14,008 bases of DNA, taken from the NCBI GenBank assembly GCA_039679545.1, contig JBDKUT010000135.1, positions 1 to 14,008 of the forward strand, written 5' to 3'. This document shows, piece after piece, positions 7,983 through 14,008 of this stretch. Positions within the stretch are counted from its first letter, which is position 1, and the number at the start of each line of letters is the position of its first letter. This DNA is from Thermotogota bacterium (GTDB lineage Bacteria; Bipolaricaulota; Bipolaricaulia; UBA7950; UBA9294). A program made the translations under genes and the position numbers. Under the pieces are notes generated by a model. That model saw only the letters and a list, made by a program, of their open reading frames with translations, was not told the origin of the DNA and searched no databases.

Positions 7983-8056
7983 GCCCGGGGGAAGGTCTGG
8001 GAAGTGCCCGGGTCATCGGGCAACGAACGTGGTAGGCGTTGCCCGATGTTCTTTTT
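7983..8056 (+). ncRNA. Candidate ~75-nt small RNA or attenuator-like leader, family not recognised
   Basis: Bounded by the promoter above and a + oriented terminator. The 5' hairpin gcccggg/cccgggt (7983-8013) has a purine-rich loop. The start position is inferred from -10 spacing. Confidence 0.55.
8014..8056 (+). terminator. Intrinsic terminator oriented for + strand transcription
   Basis: Perfect 12-bp stem catcgggcaacg (8014-8025) / cgttgcccgatg (8037-8048) followed by TTCTTTTT (8049-8056). There is no U-tract on the - strand side, although the hairpin may also protect the coaX mRNA 3' end. Confidence 0.8.
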
Positions 8057-8061
8057 CCGAT

Positions 8062-8832
8062 CTACGCATTGGACCCGGAGCGTCGCCAACAGATTTCGAG
8101 CCCCTTCAGTGTGAGGTCGGGGTCGTAGAGCTCGATGGCTTTGATCTCGCGGTGGTACAGTTCTCCCTTTCCGCCGGTGGCAACCACGCGCAAGTCGCGG
8201 CCGCACTCGGTGCGGAACCGCCGGATCAGTCCCTCGGTCAGGTCGAGGAAGCCGAGGACGACGCCGGCGCGGATGTTGTCCGCTGTGGTCTTTCCGATCA
8301 CGGTTCGGGGCACGTCGAGGGAGACGGAGAAGAGCTGGGCCGTCTTCTCGACGAGGGCCTGGGCGGCGACCCGCATCTCGGGCGCAATGGCGCCGCCGAT
8401 GAGAGCCCCTTGACGAGAGACAAGGTTGAACGTGGCCGCCGTGCCGAAATCGACGATGAGAAGCGGACCACCGTAGATCTCGTAGCCCGCGACGCAGTCG
8501 ACGATCCGGTCCGCGCCCACCGACCACGGCTCGTCGACGTCGAGGCGGATCGGCGACGTCTGCGGGCTGATCCACAGAACGGGTCCGTGAACCAGCGTCT
8601 CAAGTCCGGTCCGGAGCGGCGGGTTCAGGGCGGGAACGACCGACGCGACGGCCACCCCTTCGATCGCCTCCGCCGAGACGCTTGCCTCGGCGAGGAGGCT
8701 GCGGAGCTCGAACCGCAGCTCGTCGCCGGTGCGGTTACGGTCGGTCGTGAAACGCCACCGTCCGACGAGGCGCTGGCCGTCGAACAGCCCGACGACGATG
8801 TTGGTGTTGCCGACGTCGTAGGTCAGGAGCAT
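8062..8832 (-). CDS. coaX: Type III pantothenate kinase, 256 aa
   Basis: YDVGNTN, ASVVP, VGADRI, IVDFGTAATF, GGAIAP, VIGKTT, VVATGG, PDLTLKGL. Strong AGGAGG RBS. Confidence 0.96.
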   Translation of the reverse strand: MLLTYDVGNTNIVVGLFDGQRLVGRWRFTTDRNRTGDELRFELRSLLAEASVSAEAIEGVAVASVVPALNPPLRTGLETLVHGPVLWISPQTSPIRLDVDEPWSVGADRIVDCVAGYEIYGGPLLIVDFGTAATFNLVSRQGALIGGAIAPEMRVAAQALVEKTAQLFSVSLDVPRTVIGKTTADNIRAGVVLGFLDLTEGLIRRFRTECGRDLRVVATGGKGELYHREIKAIELYDPDLTLKGLEICWRRSGSNA

Positions 8833-9698
8833 GGGGTCCTCCTCTCGAGGAGCGGCGAGCCCGGCGGGAGCACGGTGTTGTCGATCAAACGCGTCGTCCC
8901 AACCCGGACGGCGAGCGACACGAGCGCCCGAGGGCCAACCGTCTCGAACTCCTCAAGCGTGGTCGGGTCGGCGACGCTCACGTAGTCGACTCGCGCGAGC
9001 GGTTCCGCCAGGAGGAGATCGGTCATCCGGGACCGGATCTCCTCGGCGCTCCGCTCACCGTCCTCCCACAGAGATTCCGCGAGGTCGAGGGCCTGGCGCA
9101 AGACCGGAGCGGCGCGGCGCTCGGTGGGGGACAGGTATGTGTTTCGGCTGCTCATCGCCAGCCCGTCCGGCTCGCGGACGGTCGGGGCGACAACGAGTTC
9201 GATGTCGAAGTCGAGGTCCGCGATGAGCCGGTCGATCACGAGGGCCTGCTGGGCGTCCTTCTGACCGAAGTAGGCGCACTGTGGCCGAACGAGCGAGAAA
9301 AGCTTGGCGACGACAGTGGCTACGCCCCGAAAGTGGGTCGGCCGCGCGGCTCCTTCGAGACGCGCGGTGATCCCGTCCACCGTGACCCACGTCGCGTAGC
9401 CAGGCGGGTACATCTCCTCATCGAACGTGGGTGCGAAGACGAGGTTCGCTCCGGCGTTCTCGAGCATGGAGAGGTCCCGGTCGAGATCGCGCGGGTACGC
9501 GCCGAGGTCCTCAGTCGGTGCGAACTGCGTTGGGTTGACAAAGATGCTTGCAACGGTCGAAGCGCACTCCTGGTGAGAGCGACGGACGAGGGAGAGGTGG
9601 CCTTCGTGGAGGTACCCCATCGTCGGGACGAAGCCGACGGGTTCCGGAAGGGTTGCGCGCAGGGAGCGGAGTTCCGGGATGGAGCGAGCGAGCCTCAT
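8823..9698 (-). CDS. panC: Pantoate--beta-alanine ligase, 291 aa
   Basis: True start MRLARSIPEL at 9698 (ATGA overlap with the panB stop). Motifs VPTMGYLHEGH, SIFVNPTQF, RPTHFRGV, FGQKDAQQ, REPDGLAMSSRN, RLIDN. Confidence 0.96.
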   Translation of the reverse strand: MRLARSIPELRSLRATLPEPVGFVPTMGYLHEGHLSLVRRSHQECASTVASIFVNPTQFAPTEDLGAYPRDLDRDLSMLENAGANLVFAPTFDEEMYPPGYATWVTVDGITARLEGAARPTHFRGVATVVAKLFSLVRPQCAYFGQKDAQQALVIDRLIADLDFDIELVVAPTVREPDGLAMSSRNTYLSPTERRAAPVLRQALDLAESLWEDGERSAEEIRSRMTDLLLAEPLARVDYVSVADPTTLEEFETVGPRALVSLAVRVGTTRLIDNTVLPPGSPLLERRTPCS

Positions 9699-10543
9699 GG
9701 CAGGTTCGAGAGGGCGTCGTCGACCTCTCGAAGGACCTCCGCCGAGACGGAGAAGCTCTGCGCTGTGCTCGGGAAGCTCCGCGCGAGCACCTCGTCGCGG
9801 TAGTGGGTGACGGCGTCGCGCGCGGCGTCGGCGAGGTGGGCGTACGGTTTCGTGTGTTTGGGGACGAAGCTCGGAACCCAGCCGAGAATGTCGCTCACGA
9901 CCTGGATCTCGGCGTCGCAGTGGGGGCCGGCGCCGATGCCGATCGTCGGGATGGCCAGGCGTTCCGTGATTCGTCGTGCGATCTCGGACGGGACGCACTC
10001 GAGGACGATGGAGAACACGCCCGCGTCCTGGAGGGCACACGCGTCCTGGATCAGCTCCTTGGCTCGCTCGGCCGTCTTGCCCTGCACCTTGAATCCCCCA
10101 AGCTGGTGAACGGACTGCGGCGTCAGGCCGATGTGGCCCATCACGGGGACGCCGATCGCGGTCAGACGGCTGATGGTGTCGGCAGTCGTCCGTCCACCCT
10201 CCAGCTTGACCGCCTGGGCGCCGCCTTCCTGCATGCAGCGGCCGGCGCTCTCCATCGCCTGCGCGGCCGATCGGTGGTAGGTCATGAACGGCATGTCGGC
10301 GACGATGAGGGCGCGAGCGGCCCCGCGCACGACGGCGCGAGTGTGGTGCAGGATGTCGTCCAGGGTGACTGGGATGGTGTTCTCGTAGCCGAGGACGACC
10401 ATCCCCAGGCTGTCGCCGACGAGGAGGAGAGGGATGCCGGCCTCGTCGGCGATCCGCGCGGTCACAACGTCATACGCGGTCAGACAGGCGAACCGCTCGC
10501 GTTGCTCCTTGTAGCCTCGAATGTCGGCTGTCGTCACCCGCAT
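9695..10543 (-). CDS. panB: 3-methyl-2-oxobutanoate hydroxymethyltransferase, 282 aa
   Basis: LTAYD, LLVGDSLGMV, ADMPF, VKLEGG, GHIGLTPQS, VLECVP, TIGIGAG. Confidence 0.97.
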   Translation of the reverse strand: MRVTTADIRGYKEQRERFACLTAYDVVTARIADEAGIPLLLVGDSLGMVVLGYENTIPVTLDDILHHTRAVVRGAARALIVADMPFMTYHRSAAQAMESAGRCMQEGGAQAVKLEGGRTTADTISRLTAIGVPVMGHIGLTPQSVHQLGGFKVQGKTAERAKELIQDACALQDAGVFSIVLECVPSEIARRITERLAIPTIGIGAGPHCDAEIQVVSDILGWVPSFVPKHTKPYAHLADAARDAVTHYRDEVLARSFPSTAQSFSVSAEVLREVDDALSNLP

Positions 10544-11430
10544 GCGTCGTCATCTCCCTGTCCATCTCCTAGGCTTGCGGCCAGCCGCCGCGCGGTGGCC
10601 GCGTCAATCCGCCTCTTGGCAAGCGCGATCGGGATGGTTCGGCGCGCCAATTCCTTGTACATCGTCCGAGCTTCGGGCGCAACGCGATCGAGGACCGCAA
10701 GATGGCGCTCGATCGTCCCAACGTCGCCGCGGGCAATCGGTCCTGTCAGGGCGTCCGGCAAGCCGACGCGGTTGAGGTTTTCCACAGTGCCCCGCACGAG
10801 GGGGAGCAACGCTCGGAGTCCTTCTTCCTTGGAGAGGCCCAGTTCGCGCCAGAGCCCCGCGGCGAGATCGAGCAGCGTGACCAGATAGTTCGAGGCGATG
10901 GCGGCGCTCAGGTGGTAGACGGCGCGATCGCCGTGAAGGGTGAGCGGGCACCCGCCAAGGGCGACGGCCATCGCGTTGAGGGCCGCCAAAAGATCGTCCG
11001 TCGACGCGTCGATCGCGATGGCGCTCCCAGGGAGATTCTTCCGTGCCTGCTCCTCCGTGGCGAATGACTGAAGCGGGTGGAACGCGCCGACGGCGGCGCC
11101 GTGCGATCGCGGCCCGGCGAGCAGGTCGAGCGACGCAGCGCCGTTGCAGTGGACAACCGACTTTCCTGGACTCCAGCGAATCCCCTCGGCGACGCCGGCG
11201 ATCGCATCGTCCGGAACTGTGAGAAAGACGACGTCGGCCAGGTCGGCGACGTCTTGCGTCGTCCGAACGGCCCGGGCCCGCGCGCCGCGCGCCGCGCCAT
11301 CTCGGCGACCCGCATTCCGGCTGTAGACGGCGGCGACGAGGTAGCCTGCGTCGGCCAATGCAGCGGACAAAGCGGTTCCGACGACGCCCGCCCCGATGAA
11401 TCCAAGGCGCGGTCGATCTGCGGATTTCAT
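10534..11430 (-). CDS. panG: Rossmann-like + DUF2520 oxidoreductase, probable PanG-type ketopantoate reductase, 298 aa
   Basis: GFIGAGVVG, LTVPDDAI, VHCNGA, FHPLQSF, YHLSAAIASN, LTGPIARGD. Overlaps panB by 10 nt. The function is inferred from family plus context. Confidence 0.8.
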   Translation of the reverse strand: MKSADRPRLGFIGAGVVGTALSAALADAGYLVAAVYSRNAGRRDGAARGARARAVRTTQDVADLADVVFLTVPDDAIAGVAEGIRWSPGKSVVHCNGAASLDLLAGPRSHGAAVGAFHPLQSFATEEQARKNLPGSAIAIDASTDDLLAALNAMAVALGGCPLTLHGDRAVYHLSAAIASNYLVTLLDLAAGLWRELGLSKEEGLRALLPLVRGTVENLNRVGLPDALTGPIARGDVGTIERHLAVLDRVAPEARTMYKELARRTIPIALAKRRIDAATARRLAASLGDGQGDDDACG

Positions 11431-11441
11431 GTCTCGCCTAC

Positions 11442-12626
11442 CTAAGCCCTCGCGAGGAGCGTGGCGACGCGGTCGAGGATCCGCTCAGCGATCGCACGCT
11501 TCGGGGCGCGGGGTAGCTCCTCGGCCTCGTCCGCGTCGACGAGGGTGACTTCGTTTTCGTCGGAGCCGAACGGCGCGTTGTCCTTCCCGACGAGGTTGGC
11601 CACGACGAGGTCGAGGCCCTTCTGGCGAAGCTTGGCGCGCGCGTTCTCGATCAGGTTTTCCGTCTCGGCGGCGAACCCGACCTTCACCGAGACGTCGCCG
11701 ATCGACGCCAGGACGTCGACGGTCCGCTTCAGGTTCAGCACAAGGTTCGAGTCCGTCTTCTTCAGCTTCGACGCAGCCGGGGCGTTCGGCGTGTAGTCGG
11801 CGACGGCGGCGGCCATGACGAGGGCGTCGGCGCCGGAGACCGCGCCGCGGACGGCGTCGAGCATCTCCGCGGCAGTCTCCACGGGGAGGAAGTCCACCCC
11901 ACCCGGCACGCGCAACGCCGTCGGTCCCGAGATGAGGGTCACGTCGGCGCCTCGATCGCGCGCCGCCTCGGCGATCGCGTACCCCATCTTGCCGCTCGAC
12001 CGGTTGCCGAGAAAGCGGATCGGGTCGACGGGCTCGTGGGTTCCGCCGGCCGTAACGACGACGCGACGTCCCGCGAGGTCGCCGTGCCGCCCCAGGAGCC
12101 GGAGGGCCTCGTCGAGAATCTCCTCGACGGGAGCGAACCGGCCGATGCCCGTTCCTCCGGATGCGAGGCGTCCGACGGCGGGGCCTACGAACTCGACGCC
12201 GCGGGCTTTCAAGCGTTCGACGTTCTCTCGCGTCGCGGGGTGCTCCCACATGGCCGTGTGCATGGCGGGCGCGACGAGGATGGGGGCTCGCGTCGCGAGG
12301 AGGATGCAGGTCAAGAGGTCATCGGCGATTCCGTTCGCCATCTTGGCGAGGACGTTGGCCGTGGCCGGGGCCACGACCACGAGGTCGGCGGCGTCGGCGA
12401 GGGACACGTGCTCGATGGCGAATGGGTTTGTGAGCTCAAACATCTCGGTCGAGACGGGACGGCCGGTGATGGCGCGGAACGTCGCAGGGCCGACGAGCTG
12501 CGTCGCGCTCTTCGTCATCACGGTGTGGACGGCGACGCCGGATTGCGTGAGGCGGCTGGCGAGGTCGACGGCCTTGTACGCCGCGATCGAGCCGGTGACT
12601 CCGAGAACCACGGTCCGTTCCGCCAT
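11442..12626 (-). CDS. coaBC: Bifunctional phosphopantothenoylcysteine decarboxylase / phosphopantothenate--cysteine ligase, 394 aa
   Basis: Start MAERTVVLGVTGSIAAYKA at 12626 with GGAGG 9 nt upstream. Motifs APATAN, GIADDLL, APAMH, VTAGGT, NRSSGKMG, AAAVADY, VGFAAET. Confidence 0.96.
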   Translation of the reverse strand: MAERTVVLGVTGSIAAYKAVDLASRLTQSGVAVHTVMTKSATQLVGPATFRAITGRPVSTEMFELTNPFAIEHVSLADAADLVVVAPATANVLAKMANGIADDLLTCILLATRAPILVAPAMHTAMWEHPATRENVERLKARGVEFVGPAVGRLASGGTGIGRFAPVEEILDEALRLLGRHGDLAGRRVVVTAGGTHEPVDPIRFLGNRSSGKMGYAIAEAARDRGADVTLISGPTALRVPGGVDFLPVETAAEMLDAVRGAVSGADALVMAAAVADYTPNAPAASKLKKTDSNLVLNLKRTVDVLASIGDVSVKVGFAAETENLIENARAKLRQKGLDLVVANLVGKDNAPFGSDENEVTLVDADEAEELPRAPKRAIAERILDRVATLLARA

Positions 12627-12672
12627 GCCCTTTCCCCTCCGAGTCGACGAGATGCCTGAGACGCCCACGGGG

Positions 12673-12678
12673 ATTGTA
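12673..12678 (-). promoter_or_regulatory. Putative -10 element (TACAAT) of the coaBC-pan-coaX operon
   Basis: TACAAT ends 47 nt upstream of the coaBC ATG and lies just downstream of the ppdK terminator. No convincing -35 element. Confidence 0.5.
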
Positions 12679-12692
12679 TCTCGGAGCGCCGG

Positions 12693-12732
12693 AAAGAGAA
12701 AGGAGGACGGCGCATGCAGGACCGTCCTCCTT
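12693..12732 (-). terminator. Intrinsic terminator downstream of ppdK
   Basis: The - strand reads aaggaggacgg-tcctgcatgcg-ccgtcctcc-TTTCTCTTT (11-bp inverted repeat at 12700-12710 / 12722-12732). Confidence 0.75.
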
Positions 12733-12788
12733 GGCTATCTGGAGTCTCGCTTCTCCTTCTTTTCGTTGATCGCTGCTCGATGCTGCAG

Positions 12789-12851
12789 GCCGCTGGCGTG
12801 TCGGAGAACTTGCCAGCGGCTGGTGAGAAGCCCGCTTACGCGGACTTCTCA
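12789..12851 (-). other. Two tandem hairpins in the ppdK 3' UTR
   Basis: tgagaagtccgc-GTAA-gcgggcttctca (12851-12824; one G-U pair, GNRA loop) and gccgctggc-N14-gccagcggc (12820-12789). Confidence 0.65.
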
Positions 12852-12858
12852 AGGCGAC

Positions 12859-14008
12859 TCAGGCCTTGTCTTGAATCGCGGCCTGCGCCGCCGCGAGGCG
12901 CGCGATCGGCACCCGGTACGGACTGCAGCTCACGTAGTTCAGCCCCGTGCGGTGGCAGAAGTGGATCGACGCGGGATCCCCGCCGTGCTCCCCGCAGATG
13001 CCGAGCTTGATCGTCGGCCGCGTCTTCCGGCCGAGTTCGCAGCCCATCGCGATCAGCTTGCCGACGCCGCCCTGGTCGAGCGTCTGGAACGGGTCCCTCT
13101 CGTAGATCCCGAGGGCCACATACTCTTTCAGGAACTTGCCCGAGTCGTCGCGGGAGAACCCGCACCCCATCTGGGTGAGGTCGTTGGTTCCGAAGCTGAA
13201 GAACTCGGCTTCCTGGGCGATCTCATCGGCGGTGACCGCGGCACGCGGCACTTCGATCATCGTTCCGATCATGTACGGGATGTCGTTCTTCGTGAGTCGG
13301 TTCTCCTTGAGGACCTCCGCGACGGTGCGCTCGACGAGGTCGCGCTGGAGCTTGAGCTCTTTCACGTTCCCGACCAGCGGGATCATGATCTCGGGGCGAA
13401 CCTTGATTCCCTTCTTGTGCACATTGCACGCCGCTTCCATGATCGCTCGGGCCTGCATCTCCGAGATCTCGGGGAAGGTGATCCCGAGGCGGCATCCGCG
13501 GTGACCGAGCATCGGGTTGAACTCGTGGAGCGCGTTCACCTTCTCGCGGATCACGCTAACGGGAACGCGCATGACCTCGGCGACTTCTTCTTGTCCGGCG
13601 ACGTCGTGGGGGAGGAACTCATGGAGCGGGGGATCGAGGAGTCGGATTGTGGCAGGACGCCCTTCGAGCGCCTTGTAAATCCCCTCGAAATCTCCGCGCT
13701 GCATGGGAAGAAGCTTGGCAAGCGCCGCCCGGCGCCCGGCCTCGTCCTCGGCGAGGATCATCTCACGAACGGCGATGATTCGGTCCCCTTCGAAGAACAT
13801 ATGCTCGGTCCGGCACAGGCCGATCCCCTCGGCGCCGAACTTCACGGCGACGGCGGTATCGCGAGGCGTATCTGCGTTGGTCCGGATCCCCAACTTGCGA
13901 ACCTCGTCCGCCCAGCCGAGGAGCGTGCCGAAGTCACCGGCGAGTTCGGGGTCTTGAGTCTTGATCGCGCCCTGGTAGACGGCACCCGTCGTGCCGTTGA
14001 GGCTGATC
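12859..14008 (-). CDS. ppdK: Pyruvate, phosphate dikinase (C-terminal part; 5' truncated by window edge)
   Basis: The frame is open to the window edge ([13 protein letters not shown]...[17 protein letters not shown]). Motifs [75 protein letters not shown]. Confidence 0.97.
   Translation of the reverse strand, partial: ISLNGTTGAVYQGAIKTQDPELAGDFGTLLGWADEVRKLGIRTNADTPRDTAVAVKFGAEGIGLCRTEHMFFEGDRIIAVREMILAEDEAGRRAALAKLLPMQRGDFEGIYKALEGRPATIRLLDPPLHEFLPHDVAGQEEVAEVMRVPVSVIREKVNALHEFNPMLGHRGCRLGITFPEISEMQARAIMEAACNVHKKGIKVRPEIMIPLVGNVKELKLQRDLVERTVAEVLKENRLTKNDIPYMIGTMIEVPRAAVTADEIAQEAEFFSFGTNDLTQMGCGFSRDDSGKFLKEYVALGIYERDPFQTLDQGGVGKLIAMGCELGRKTRPTIKLGICGEHGGDPASIHFCHRTGLNYVSCSPYRVPIARLAAAQAAIQDKA

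Noticed and set aside
7983..8013. SRP RNA or cobalamin riboswitch suggested by GGAAG/GGGAAG words
   Set aside because: The surrounding conserved elements (SRP helix-8 CAGG..GNRA..AGCAG context; the rest of the B12 box and multi-helix core) are absent, and the region is too short.
7975..8985. 336-aa + strand ORF downstream of the TTGACA promoter
   Set aside because: Its start codon overlaps the -10 element, it crosses the terminator and it is antisense to coaX.
9699..10040. 114-aa N-terminal extension of PanC in the ORF track
   Set aside because: It overlaps panB in another frame; the ATGA-coupled start at 9698 gives a normal-length PanC.
2915..12626. PPTase and the CoA operon as a single functional system, with PPDK recycling AMP/PPi from PanC
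   Set aside because: The PPTase and the operon are on opposite strands with three unrelated genes between them, and a terminator separates ppdK from coaBC. Proximity alone is not evidence.
12627..12668. GTG start for coaBC at 12668
   Set aside because: The ATG at 12626 has a GGAGG RBS and matches the usual family N-terminus.

Overview
High-GC bacterial window, mostly housekeeping genes. On the + strand is the 3' end of a glycan-precursor cluster (DegT-family aminotransferase, then a PglF/CapD-type 4,6-dehydratase), followed by an Sfp-type 4'-phosphopantetheinyl transferase. A small two-helix membrane gene converges on it, and a probably leaderless pepT follows. The - strand carries the 3' part of ppdK, a tightly coupled CoA operon (coaBC, panG-like DUF2520, panB, panC, coaX; no panD) and a secreted VIT-vWA protein. 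The most unusual signals are non-coding. (1) A + strand promoter, ~75-nt structured RNA and intrinsic terminator at 7947-8056 point into the 3' end of the CoA operon and have mutually exclusive hairpins like an attenuator. (2) A degenerate tandem duplication at 4024-4176 keeps its stems while the loops change length. No mobile element, rRNA, tRNA or true CRISPR array is supported. All calls come from motif reading by eye; no searches or folding calculations were run.
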